Assembly (NCBI GenBank): GCA_963707635.1
Contig: OY970173.1
Location: forward strand, 864,001-928,000
Reading direction: 5' to 3'
Source: Candidatus Latescibacterota bacterium
Lineage (GTDB): Bacteria; Krumholzibacteriota; Krumholzibacteriia; WVZY01; JAKEHA01
DNA length: 64,000 nt
Within the stretch, counting starts at the first letter, position 1. Every line of letters begins with the position of its first letter. The translations under genes and the position numbers were made by a program. Below the pieces are notes generated by a model. The model did not search any database. It had not been told where the DNA came from and saw nothing but the letters and a program-made list of their open reading frames with translations. This document shows positions 1 through 9,662 of the stretch, one piece after another.

Positions 1-534
1 GTACGGCTCCGACAGGCTCCACGCCAGGAGATCGTCATCGGGGCGAATGCCGAACACGAAGTTCCCGAATCCACCCTGGATCGGCGTTCCGGAATAGGTC
101 ACGTCGACCGCGACGGCGCCGCCGATCCCGACCGGAGCCGGCAGCGTAATATTGAGCGCGGCGCCGGGGTGCGCGAACACCAGCGGCGTGGCGTTCGGGA
201 GCTTGACGGCGCTCACGGCCATCCCGTTCGCGAGGTCCAGGGTCAGCACCGACATCGATGACCCGACGACGGTGCCTTCGATACGGACCGTGCCCGCGAC
301 GATTCGATTGAGGAGATCGATCGAGAGCGCGAGGTGATAGTAGGAGATATCGATGTTGGTGCTGGCGATGGAGGTCGGTTCGTGGTGCGGAAGGTCCGCG
401 AGCTCCATCTTGGCCTCGGCGCACTGCGCCGCGCCGTCGCCGATCGACGGGTCGATCTGGGTGCCCGAGGGCGGCGTTTGCGCCAGGGAAATGACCGGGA
501 GCAGGAGCAGTACGGCCCACATCGTGCGTCGCAT
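1..534 (-). CDS. M1 family aminopeptidase, N-terminal part (runs off window edge), secreted
   Basis: Not in ORF track. Manual translation from ATG 534 (GAGG upstream): MRRTMWAVLLLLPVISLAQ signal peptide, ...NIDISYYHLALSID...VDVTYSGTP...AWSLSEPY, typical of the M1 N-terminal beta domain. Open to position 1. Confidence 0.75.
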   Translation of the reverse strand, partial: MRRTMWAVLLLLPVISLAQTPPSGTQIDPSIGDGAAQCAEAKMELADLPHHEPTSIASTNIDISYYHLALSIDLLNRIVAGTVRIEGTVVGSSMSVLTLDLANGMAVSAVKLPNATPLVFAHPGAALNITLPAPVGIGGAVAVDVTYSGTPIQGGFGNFVFGIRPDDDLLAWSLSEPY

Positions 535-671
535 GGCGTTCCTCGTATGGACAGGGTTCACGGGTTCAACGGCGCGGTGGGGAGCTCCGATCGACGTAAG
601 TATACGACACCACCCGGGTTCGCGCAAACGCGACGCGGTCGGCGGTGCGCCGGCCGTGATACAATGTATGT

Positions 672-2492
672 ATGGAGTTCGAGGGATCATCGCGAGCGCC
701 CGCGCTCCGCGGCCTCGTTTTTTTCGTTCTCGCCCTGTCGTGCCTGGTCGGATGTTCCGAGGATGGCGTCACGCCGCCCCCGGATGAAGCGTCGCGGTCC
801 TGGCGGGTCGCCCTCGCGCACCACGATTACACGGACTTCTGGGGCACGCAGCCGAACGTTGTCCTCGCCACCGACGGGGCGGGTGGGCGCGTCCTGCGCT
901 ATGTGAACGGCGCCTGGACCCCGTTCAAGGACGGCCTGGGAACGCTGACCGCCATCGACGGTATCGCGCCCAACGACCTGTACGTGGCGAGCGAATACGC
1001 CGCCTACCACTACGACGGCACGGCATGGACGCAGCTGCCCGGGGCGGTCCAGCGGCTCACCTCCGTGTACGCGCGCGCCCACGACGACGTCCTGTTCACG
1101 GGCTGGTCGTCGCTCGGCGGGTACATCTTTCACTACGACGGGGTTTCCATTTCGCCCGTCACGGTGCCGGGCGTGGACGGTCTGTTCGGCATGTGGGGGC
1201 GCGGCGACGAGGTCTTTGCGGTAGGTGAATCCGGCACCGTTCTCCGCTTCGACGGCGCCGACTGGAGCGTCTCCGCCGAGTCGCCGAACCACCTCTTCGA
1301 CGTGTGGGGCGCCGGCCTCGCCGACGTCTACGCGGTGGGGCTCGCCGGCACGGTGCTCCATTACGACGGTGCCGACTGGAGCCTGGCCGGTCCCGGAGGC
1401 GCGCACGACTTTCTCGACGTCTGGGGAACCTCGGGCAGCGACGTGTATGTGGTGGGAGCGCAGGCCGGCAACGAGGCGGAAGGCATCATCTATCATTTCG
1501 ACGGGGTCACGTGGAGCGAAGTCTACCGCGACAGCAACGACGTTCGCCTGTCGTCGGTCGGCGGGCTCCCGGGCATGCCCGTGTTCGCGGGCGGCGACGG
1601 CGTCCTGCTGCAATCCTCGGGCACGGGATGGAAGACGCTCGAGCGCTCGACCAACCAGGCCCTCGCGTCGGTGTGGGCCTCGACGTCGGATGATGTGTAC
1701 GTCGCCGGCGATCTCTCCGAGCTGCTTCACTACGATGGCAGTGTGTGGGCGCGTTTGCAGCCGGGCACGAAGCCGGAGAACTTGAACTGCATTCGGGGTA
1801 GCTCGAGCGGGAGCGTGTACGCGGTTGGAAGCAGCGGAACGCTGGTTCGCTACGACGGCAACGCGTGGCAGACGATGGCGGGTCCCACCAGCGATTCGTT
1901 CACCGACGTGTGGGAAGTGGCGCCGGGTAACCTGATCGTGACCGGCACCGGCGGGCTCATCGCCCGCCACGACGGCACCCAGTGGTCGATCGAGCGGCAG
2001 TCCGCCGGCGGTGTGACCGGGGAAACGGTGCTGGGTCTGTGGGCGTTCGCGCCGGACGACGTCTATGCGATCCGGAACACCCGCAACGCGACCGAAATCT
2101 CGACCAACCTGCTCCACCACGACGGCGCCGGCTGGAGCGACGTGCCCCTCGGCGTCAACCTGCCCGAGATCGATCAGTTGTACGGACTCTGGGGCAGTCC
2201 GACGGGCGATTTGTTCGCGACCTCCACGCGCTGGGTCGGGCGATTCGACGGCGCAGCGTGGCAGGAGATGGATCCCGGCGTCGCGGTGGATTTCACGGCG
2301 GTGTGGGGGACATCCAGCAGCGACGTCTACGTGGGGGGCGGCTTCGGCGTGATCGAGCACTACGACGGCCTCGCGCTCACCCGGATGACCACCGGCATCG
2401 AGGACGAGGTCCTGTCGATCTGGGGATCGACCGACGGAGACGTCTTCGCGGCGACGAGCGCGGGGTCGGTGCTCCGATTCGGCCATCGGTAG
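672..2492 (+). CDS. Lipoprotein with ~40-aa beta-propeller-like repeats (WD40/YVTN/BNR-like)
   Basis: Lipobox-like LVGC after a hydrophobic stretch; many repeats of VWG...DVYAVG..G.VLHYDG..W. Confidence 0.8.
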   Translation: MEFEGSSRAPALRGLVFFVLALSCLVGCSEDGVTPPPDEASRSWRVALAHHDYTDFWGTQPNVVLATDGAGGRVLRYVNGAWTPFKDGLGTLTAIDGIAPNDLYVASEYAAYHYDGTAWTQLPGAVQRLTSVYARAHDDVLFTGWSSLGGYIFHYDGVSISPVTVPGVDGLFGMWGRGDEVFAVGESGTVLRFDGADWSVSAESPNHLFDVWGAGLADVYAVGLAGTVLHYDGADWSLAGPGGAHDFLDVWGTSGSDVYVVGAQAGNEAEGIIYHFDGVTWSEVYRDSNDVRLSSVGGLPGMPVFAGGDGVLLQSSGTGWKTLERSTNQALASVWASTSDDVYVAGDLSELLHYDGSVWARLQPGTKPENLNCIRGSSSGSVYAVGSSGTLVRYDGNAWQTMAGPTSDSFTDVWEVAPGNLIVTGTGGLIARHDGTQWSIERQSAGGVTGETVLGLWAFAPDDVYAIRNTRNATEISTNLLHHDGAGWSDVPLGVNLPEIDQLYGLWGSPTGDLFATSTRWVGRFDGAAWQEMDPGVAVDFTAVWGTSSSDVYVGGGFGVIEHYDGLALTRMTTGIEDEVLSIWGSTDGDVFAATSAGSVLRFGHR

Positions 2493-2500
2493 CACGCACC

Positions 2501-3406
2501 ATGAAATTCGAGGAAATCACTCAACGTGCACGACGGCTTTCGACGTCGTTTCGCGTCTCCAACGGGGCGCGGTTTCATCTGCGCGACTTCGATCCCGGCG
2601 ACACCCAGCATTTCGGTTCCGCGGATAAGCCGCGCGCCAGGGAAGCGCTCCAGATGGGCATCGAGGTGCTCGCCGAGCTGCAGGATCGTCTCTACGCCCA
2701 GAACCGCTGGTCGCTGCTCCTCATCTTTCAGGCGATGGACGCCGCCGGCAAGGACAGCGCGATCAAGCACGTGATGAGCGGCGTCAATCCGCAGGGCTGC
2801 CAGGTGGCGTCGTTCAAGGTTCCCTCCGAGGAAGAGCTGGACCACGACTTTCTGTGGCGCTGCCAGCGGCACCTCCCGGAGCGCGGGCGGATCGGAATCT
2901 TCAACCGTTCCTACTACGAAGAAGTCCTGGTGGTGCGCGTGCACCCGGAGCTGCTCGCGAAGCAGCGAGTCCCTGCGGAACTCGTCGGCCCGAACATCTG
3001 GAAGCAACGCTATCGGGACATTCGCGGCTTCGAGCGCTATCTGGGCCGCAACGGAACCCTGGTCCGGAAGATCTTTCTCCACGTGTCGCGGAGGGAGCAG
3101 AAACGTCGCTTTCTGGAGCGGCTTGCCAACCCGGAGAAGAACTGGAAGTTCTCGGTCGACGACACGAGGGAGCGCACGTTCTGGAAGGACTACATGCGCG
3201 CGTACGAGACGATGATTCGCGAGACGGCGACGAAGGCGGCGCCCTGGTACGTCGTGCCCGCGGACAACAAGTGGTTCACGCGCATCGTGGTGATGGCCGC
3301 GGCGGTCGACTCGCTCGCGGCCCTGGACCTGCGCTACCCGAAGGTCACCCGCGACAAGCTGAAGGATTTCGCCGCGGCGAAACGGGCGCTGCTCGCGGAG
3401 AAGTAG
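2501..3406 (+). CDS. ppk2: Polyphosphate kinase 2 family protein (class III-like)
   Basis: QAMDAAGKDS Walker A, FKVPS, HDFLWR, IFNRSYYEEVLVVRVH, PADNKW. ATG at 2501 lies inside ORF 1982..3406. Confidence 0.92.
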   Translation: MKFEEITQRARRLSTSFRVSNGARFHLRDFDPGDTQHFGSADKPRAREALQMGIEVLAELQDRLYAQNRWSLLLIFQAMDAAGKDSAIKHVMSGVNPQGCQVASFKVPSEEELDHDFLWRCQRHLPERGRIGIFNRSYYEEVLVVRVHPELLAKQRVPAELVGPNIWKQRYRDIRGFERYLGRNGTLVRKIFLHVSRREQKRRFLERLANPEKNWKFSVDDTRERTFWKDYMRAYETMIRETATKAAPWYVVPADNKWFTRIVVMAAAVDSLAALDLRYPKVTRDKLKDFAAAKRALLAEK

Positions 3407-5134
3407 GTGGCGCGGACTCGCCGCCTGCCGACATCGCCTTCGGTCACGCCCGTCTGTGAGGGCTTCCTGATCGACGTCGGACCCCGCGGGGCGAGCCCGG
3501 CCCGGCGACTCGCCCTCGCGAAACGGGTCGCGCGCCGCACGCTCCCCGGCTCGTGGCGGGTCGAGCCGCTTTCGAAACACAGCGCGTTCTTCGAGGTCAC
3601 GCGCCGCGCGCGCGCGAAAACCGTCGCCCTCTCGACCGCCTGGAATCTCGTCCACGCGCTTAAAACCGACCGCGACGTTCGCTCGGCCGAACCCGCCCTC
3701 ACCCTGCAGGGAATCGAACCGCACCCCGCGCACCGGCGGGAGCAGCTCACCGCGCGGGAATCGGCGAGGGCGAAATCGTCCGGCGCCGAAACGAACAAGT
3801 CCGGCTCCGCCGATCCCGACTGGAGCATCCGCAGGGCCGGCATCGACCGCGCGTGGAAACTGCAGCCCGCGCACGGCAAGCGCTTCGGCGAAGGCGTCGT
3901 GGTCGGGCATCCCGACACCGGGTATACGCTCCACCCGGAAATCTGGAACAACCCGGGCGGCTGGCAGCGCGTGCGCTGGCAGACGGGTTACGACTTCGTC
4001 GACGACAAACCCTACCCGGTGGATCCGCTGGTCGATCCGCACCCCTCGCACGGCACCAAGACGGCGAGTGTGATCATGAGCGACGCCGGCGCCGGTCCCG
4101 GGGCGAGCCAGTGGGTGTCCGGCGCCGCGCCGCGAGCGCTCCTCATTCCGTATCGCGTCATCAAGAGTGTGGTCGTGTTCAACTTCGCCGGCGTGGCGAA
4201 GGCGATCTTCCGCGCCGTCGACAACGGCTGCCACCTGATCTCGATGAGCCTGGGCGGCCCGTTGCACAGCCAGGCGCTCGAGGACGCGGTTCGCCACGCG
4301 GTCGCGCGCGACGTGATCGTGCTGGCGGCGGCGGGAAACGTGTGGCCATTCGTCGTCTATCCCGCGAAGCTCGAACAGGTGATCGCGGTGGCGGCGACGC
4401 ATTGCGACGACGGGCCGTGGAAACGGTCCGCGCACGGGGACGCGGTCGACGTGTCCGCGCCCGGCGAGTCGGTCTGGCGCGCGGAGACCCTCGATGCGCC
4501 GGCGCGGTATGCGCTGGGCCGCGGCACCGGCACATCGTTCGCGGTGGCGACGGCGGCGGGAGTCACCGCGTTGTGGCTTGCCTACCACGGACGCGACCGG
4601 CTGATATGGCGCTTCGGCGCCGGCAACCTCGCGAGCGTTTACCGCGAGCTGCTCGTCACGCGCGGGGTGCGCCGCCCGGCGGGCTGGGACACGGACGACT
4701 ACGGCGCGGGGATCATCGACGCGGAAAAATTGTTGAAGGCCGCCCTCCCGGACACCGCGCCGGCCGCCGCCGCGGGTGGCCCGAAACGAAAGGCCCGCCG
4801 GACACGCGCGGGGGTGGTGTCCGACATCTCCGACTTCTTTCCCGGGATGTCGCCGTCCCGCGTTCGTGCCGCCCTCGCGAAAGAACTCCGCGCGCGGGAC
4901 GACGAGCTGGACTCGCTCCTGGCCGAGATGGGCGACGAAGTCGTGTTCCACATCGCGACCGACGCGGCGTTTCGCGAAGCGCTCCAGGAGCGGGCCGCGG
5001 GAGCCGGGTTGCGACCCGTGTCGCGCCGCGGGGCGAAGGGACGGAAGGAGGCGCGGGTGCGGCGCGCGCCGCGCAGGCGCAACCAGGTGGCGAAGCGTGC
5101 GTCGCATGCCTTGAGAAAGCGCATGGGCCTCTAA
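3407..5134 (+). CDS. S8 (subtilisin-like) serine peptidase, no signal peptide
   Basis: Catalytic triad motifs GHPDTG, HGTKTASV, GTSFA; ISMSLGG; AAAGN oxyanion motif. Confidence 0.9.
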   Translation: MARTRRLPTSPSVTPVCEGFLIDVGPRGASPARRLALAKRVARRTLPGSWRVEPLSKHSAFFEVTRRARAKTVALSTAWNLVHALKTDRDVRSAEPALTLQGIEPHPAHRREQLTARESARAKSSGAETNKSGSADPDWSIRRAGIDRAWKLQPAHGKRFGEGVVVGHPDTGYTLHPEIWNNPGGWQRVRWQTGYDFVDDKPYPVDPLVDPHPSHGTKTASVIMSDAGAGPGASQWVSGAAPRALLIPYRVIKSVVVFNFAGVAKAIFRAVDNGCHLISMSLGGPLHSQALEDAVRHAVARDVIVLAAAGNVWPFVVYPAKLEQVIAVAATHCDDGPWKRSAHGDAVDVSAPGESVWRAETLDAPARYALGRGTGTSFAVATAAGVTALWLAYHGRDRLIWRFGAGNLASVYRELLVTRGVRRPAGWDTDDYGAGIIDAEKLLKAALPDTAPAAAAGGPKRKARRTRAGVVSDISDFFPGMSPSRVRAALAKELRARDDELDSLLAEMGDEVVFHIATDAAFREALQERAAGAGLRPVSRRGAKGRKEARVRRAPRRRNQVAKRASHALRKRMGL

Positions 5135-5153
5135 CCGAACGGGGAGCAAGAGC

Positions 5154-6735
5154 ATGGAACGATCCAGGAAGGTCATCGTCACCAACCGCGCGGCGCTCCA
5201 GCGTAAGCACGGCACGGCCGGCATGAAGAAGATCGAGGCGGCGCTCGGAAGGCTTTCGCGCGCCGACGCGAAGCGCGGCGTCGCCACCCGGTGCATCGCG
5301 ATCGATCGCGCTGCCGACATGGCACCATTCGGCGGCCGCGTCACCAATCGAAAAGACGCGCGCCAGGCCAAGCGCGCCGTCGACGCGATCTGCCGCGCGC
5401 TGAAACCCGACTACGTCATGATCCTCGGAGCGCCCGACGTGATTCCGCACGTACGGCTCAAGAATCCCGATGGCCGCCAGCCGGGACAGCGATCGCCGGA
5501 TCGACAGCGATCTCCCGTACGCGTGCGACGCGCGATACAGCACGACCATCAACGATTTCCTGGGACCCACGCGCGTCGTGGGCCGGCTTCCGGACGTGAT
5601 GGGCGCGGGCAACACGGAGCACCTGGTTCGTCTGCTCGACACGGCGCGGACCTGGAAGAGCCGGCCGCGCTCGGACTACGGCGACTATTTTTCGCTCAGC
5701 ACGGCCTCGTGGCGACGCTCCACCCAGACGACGACACGCAAGCTGTTTGGAAACGACGAGTGGGTCCGGCTCTCACCCAGCGAGGGACCCTACTGGACGG
5801 CCGGCGACCTGGAGGGCCGCGTGCACCTGATCAACTGTCACGGCGACACGGCCGACCCGCAGTTCTATGGAGAGGACGAGGTCGACCCGGACGACCAGCC
5901 GAGCGCGCACATGGCCGTGCACCTGCCGGGAAGGATCGAGCCGGCGACGGTGGTGGCGGCGGAATGCTGCTACGGCGCCGAAATGTACGAACCCATCGCC
6001 GGACGCTCGCTCGGCATCTGCCAGACCTACCTCGGCGAGGGCGCGTGGGCGTTCTTCGGCAGCACGACCGTCGCCTACGGGCCGGCGGAAGGAAACAACT
6101 TCGCGGACCTGATCTGCGGCAGCTTCCTGCGCGAAGTGCTCGCCGGGGCGTCGGTCGGACGCGCGGCGCTGGAGGCGCGCCAGAAGTACATCCGGCTCGG
6201 CGGTTACATGGAAATGGTCGACCTGAAGACCATCGCGCAGTTCCTTCTCCTCGGCGACCCTTCGATCCACCCCGTGCGGGCGACGGCCCGCGCCGGTCGC
6301 GCGGCGGAAAAGACCGCTCGCGCCGTCGGCGCCCGCCGCATGCGCCGCAAACGGCTCGCGCGTTCTGGCACCCGGCTCGGAAGAACGACTGCGTTCGTGG
6401 CCTCACGCGCCGACGCGAGAACGCCGCGCCGCCTCCGGAGCAGGCTATGCAGGCTGGCCGCCGCGTGCGACGCGAGCGCGCAGGCGATCGAAAGCTTCAA
6501 GCTGCACGCACCCGCAGAGCGGGTCCAGGCCCGGGAAGGGCGCCAACTGGTCGCGCGACACGCGGTGTTCCATGTTATCGTTCTCAAGGAGAAAGAACGC
6601 CGTTCCGCACCCGCCAGACGCCTCGCGGCGCGGCGGACGGCAGACGGCGACCGCCGCCCGCAAGTCCAACGCCTGCTCGTGGTGCGCGAAGTGGGCGGCG
6701 TGATCAAGCGCGTCGTCGAAGCGGTGCGCCATTGA
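5154..6735 (+). CDS. C25 (gingipain-like, clan CD) cysteine peptidase, split by a frameshift near 5470-5485
   Basis: N-part (ORF 5154): DYVMILGAPDVIP. C-part (ORF 5470): SDLPYAC, VGRLPD, INCHGD (His), AECCYGA (Cys), FLLLGDP. Confidence 0.75.
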
Positions 6736-6757
6736 TGCCCACCGCAGCCGAGGCAAC

Positions 6758-7006
6758 GTGACCGACAGCGAACGCGAGAAGCGATACACCGGAGACGTCG
6801 TCAAGAAGCCCTTTGCGACCGGCTCGAAGAGCGAACGCAACGCCGTGATGCTCTCGACCCGGTGGGGCGACTTCGTGCTGCGGCGCATGGACGCCCACGC
6901 GCTCGTCGACCCCGAGCTGGACAAGCTGGTCGGAAAGCGGATTCGCGTGCTCGGCATCGTCCACCGCCACACGCTCACGATCCTGGAGTGGGAGGAAGTC
7001 CGCTAG
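6758..7006 (+). CDS. Small hypothetical protein, possibly OB-fold-like beta barrel
   Basis: 82 aa, GAGG SD, protein-like composition (GSKSE...VLRR...LVGKRIRVLG); follows the C25 gene by 22 bp. Confidence 0.7.
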   Translation: MTDSEREKRYTGDVVKKPFATGSKSERNAVMLSTRWGDFVLRRMDAHALVDPELDKLVGKRIRVLGIVHRHTLTILEWEEVR

Positions 7007-7034
7007 AGTCGCTACCGTGTGCTATGATTCGGGC

Positions 7035-7562
7035 ATGATCACACCCGAATCCATCCAAAGAATCAAGAGCGCCTTCGAGCGAAATGGCCGCGCCATCGAG
7101 CTGCGGCCGACGCTGGGGCAGAAGACGGCCGTCACCAAGGCGCGGGTCGTCGACGGCGTCCGGTGCGAGACGGAAGAGGGGCGCTGGAAGCTCACCATTG
7201 ATGCGAGCGAGAAATCCGGCGGCACCGGGGCGGGCCCGGACCCGGGCTTCGTCGTGCGCTCGGCGCTGGCGGCGTGCTTCGCGATGGGGTATGTGACCTG
7301 GGCCGCGCACCTGGACGTGCCGATTTCGAACGTGGAGGTGGAGCTCCAGGCCGACTTCGACGCGCGCGGGCAGCACGGCATGGGCGACATTCCCGCGGGT
7401 TACAGCGAGATTCGCTACCTGGTTCGCGTCGAGTCCACGGCGCCGGAAAGCGACATTCAGCGCGTCGCCGAGGCCGCCGATCGCGCCAGCATGGTGGGCG
7501 ACGTCTTCGCGCGCGCCCACCGGCTCGTGCGGCAGCTCGTCGTTTCCCGCCCGGCCGCATAG
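7035..7562 (+). CDS. OsmC family protein
   Basis: GGTGAGPDP...SALAACF...VEVELQADFDARG pattern. Confidence 0.85.
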   Translation: MITPESIQRIKSAFERNGRAIELRPTLGQKTAVTKARVVDGVRCETEEGRWKLTIDASEKSGGTGAGPDPGFVVRSALAACFAMGYVTWAAHLDVPISNVEVELQADFDARGQHGMGDIPAGYSEIRYLVRVESTAPESDIQRVAEAADRASMVGDVFARAHRLVRQLVVSRPAA

Positions 7563-7564
7563 TG

Positions 7565-8385
7565 ATGGACCAGCGCCTCCAGCAACGCGTTCAGCGCTAC
7601 GGCTGGGACCGAGCCGCTTCCTATTATGAGAGAAGCTGGCAGCGCCAGCTCGCTCCCGCCCAGGACCTGCTGATGGAACTGGCCGCACTCGCGCCGGGGG
7701 AGCGCGTGCTCGACCTCGCCTGCGGCACCGGGCTGGTCACGTTTCGCGCCGGGGCCGCGGTGGCCCCCGCGGGCAGCGTCGTGGGCACGGATATTTCGGA
7801 CGCGATGATCGAACAGTGCCGGACCGCGGCGGCGCATCGTGGCGTCGCGAACGTCACCTTCGAGCGCATGGCGGCCGAGCAGCTCGCGCTTCCCGACGCG
7901 TCGTTCGACGCTGTTCTGTGCGCGCTCGGCATGATGTACGTCGTTGATTTCGAGGGATCGATCCGCGAAATGTTCCGCGTCACTAGACCCGGCGGCCGGG
8001 CGGTGTCCGCGGTGTGGGGGCGCCGCGACCGCTGCGGCTGGGCGCCGATCTTCGAGATCGTGGAGCGCCGCGTCCAGAGCGACGTGTGCCCGATGTTCTT
8101 CCAGCTGGGAACCGGCGACATGCAGAAGCGTTGTTCGAAACGACGGGGTTCGTGAACGCGCGCAGCGAGCGCATCGATGCCACCCTGGAATACGACACCG
8201 GCGAGGAAGCGTGTGTCGCCGCCTTCGCGGGTGGGCCGGTCGCGATGGCGTACTCGCGCTTCGACGAACCGACGCGCGCGAGCGCGCATGCGGAGTACCT
8301 GGAGTCGATCGCGGCCTACCGGCGCGGCGAGCGCTACGAGATCCCCGGCGAGTACGTGGTGACGATCGGATCCCGGGCGGAGTGA
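7565..8385 (+). CDS. Class I SAM-dependent methyltransferase (UbiE-like), frameshift near 8125
   Basis: VLDLACGTG, GTDIS, SFDAVLC, TRPGGR; C-terminus continues in ORF 8014..8385 (EALFETTGF...). Confidence 0.8.
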
Positions 8386-8505
8386 AGACGGTGCATTCCC
8401 TCCGTCCGTGCGCCGGAGCCGGTGCACTCCCTCGGTCGCCGTCCTCCCGCGCACAATGTTGAAATGCGCGACTGCGGATTGGCTTCGAGGGAGTGCACCG
8501 TCTCC
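8386..8505. repeat. Intergenic inverted repeat between convergent genes
   Basis: CGGTGCACTCCCTCG (8420-8434) pairs perfectly with CGAGGGAGTGCACCG (8486-8500); a second near-copy of the left arm at 8386-8402. Confidence 0.7.
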
Positions 8506-8510
8506 TGCGG

Positions 8511-8834
8511 CTATATTTCTGTCGTGTCCGGCTTCTTCGACTTCTTGAGAATCGCGCGCAGCGTCTTGTCGGCGTCGAGGTGGGCGAGCAGGAGCGCCAC
8601 CTCGTCCCCGTTCAGGTAGATGCCGTGGCAGGTCCGGCACACTTCGTAGTGGATCCCCATCGTCCGGTTGACGAACATGTCGCCGCCGCACTTCGGGCAC
8701 AGGAGCCAGTAGTGCGCCCAGAGCATCTTCTTGCGCTGCTTCGCGCGTTTGGTGTCCAGGCGCGCCCGCGCCCGGGCAAAGTCGGGCGCGGCAGCTCGAG
8801 GCTTGCGTCGGGATGGTTTTCGGGCAGCGGCCAT
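8511..8834 (-). CDS. zf-TFIIB-like zinc ribbon protein
   Basis: CPKCGGDM...CRTCHGIYLNGDE motif; ATG at 8834. Confidence 0.8.
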   Translation of the reverse strand: MAAARKPSRRKPRAAAPDFARARARLDTKRAKQRKKMLWAHYWLLCPKCGGDMFVNRTMGIHYEVCRTCHGIYLNGDEVALLLAHLDADKTLRAILKKSKKPDTTEI

Positions 8835-8890
8835 GGTGTATGATGAGGCTACCGCGGTAGTCTTGCACGGTCGCCCGAAAACGTCAACGC

Positions 8891-9589
8891 ATGGTGAAGC
8901 CAGCGCAGTCATCGCAGCCCCGCGGCGCCGCCACGTCGCCGGCGCGAATTGCCCGCGTGCTCGACGGCATGCGCGCCGCGACCGCATCCGGGAAACTCCC
9001 GTCGGTGTCGGAGATCGCGCGGCGCGACCGCGACCCGTTCCGTATCCTCGTCTCCACCCTGCTCAGCCTGCGCACCAAGGACGACGTCACGGAAGCCGCC
9101 TCGGCGCGTCTGTTCGCGCTCGCCGATACGCCGCGCGCGCTCTCGCGCCTGGCCACCCGGACTATTGCGCGCGCGATCTACCCGGTTGGATTCTATCGCA
9201 CCAAGGCGCGCACGGTTCGCGACGTCTCCCGTCGTCTCGACGAGGAGTATGGCGGTGTGGTTCCGGATAGCATCGATGAACTGCTGGCGTTCAAGGGGGT
9301 GGGCCGCAAGACGGCGGCGCTCGTGGTTTCCCTCGGATTCGGCAAGCACGCGATCTGCGTCGACACGCACGTGCATCGCATTTCCAACCGCCTCGGGTGG
9401 ATCGCCACCCGCACGCCGGCGGAGACCGAGCAGGCGCTGATGCGCGTGCTTCCGCGCACGCGATGGATCGCCGTCAACGAGATCATAGTGGCATTCGGGC
9501 AGCGCGTGTGCACGCCGCTCTCGCCCCATTGCTCGACCTGCCCGGTCGCGGCGCACTGTCGCCGCGTCGGCGTGGAACGCCATCGCTAG
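8891..9589 (+). CDS. nth: Endonuclease III
   Basis: PFRILVSTLLS.RTKD, HhH GVGRKTA, VDTHVHRISNR, 4Fe-4S motif C-x6-C-x2-C-x5-C. Confidence 0.93.
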   Translation: MVKPAQSSQPRGAATSPARIARVLDGMRAATASGKLPSVSEIARRDRDPFRILVSTLLSLRTKDDVTEAASARLFALADTPRALSRLATRTIARAIYPVGFYRTKARTVRDVSRRLDEEYGGVVPDSIDELLAFKGVGRKTAALVVSLGFGKHAICVDTHVHRISNRLGWIATRTPAETEQALMRVLPRTRWIAVNEIIVAFGQRVCTPLSPHCSTCPVAAHCRRVGVERHR

Positions 9590-9662
9590 CGGGCGCGCCG
9601 GGTTGCGCCCGCCCGGGGGCTCTGCTATGATGCCCGCCTCAAACGCGAAAGGAACTCCCGGC

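Noticed and set aside
672..2492. Repeat protein as a novel system component
   Set aside because: Looks like a common propeller-repeat lipoprotein with no informative neighbours.
2360..5371. Very long antisense or alternate-frame ORFs (e.g. 2360..5371, 13966..16959, 31065..33338, 37112..39007, 60799..63234)
   Set aside because: Arg/Ala/Gly-rich shadow ORFs expected in high-GC DNA, overlapping well-supported genes and lacking motifs.
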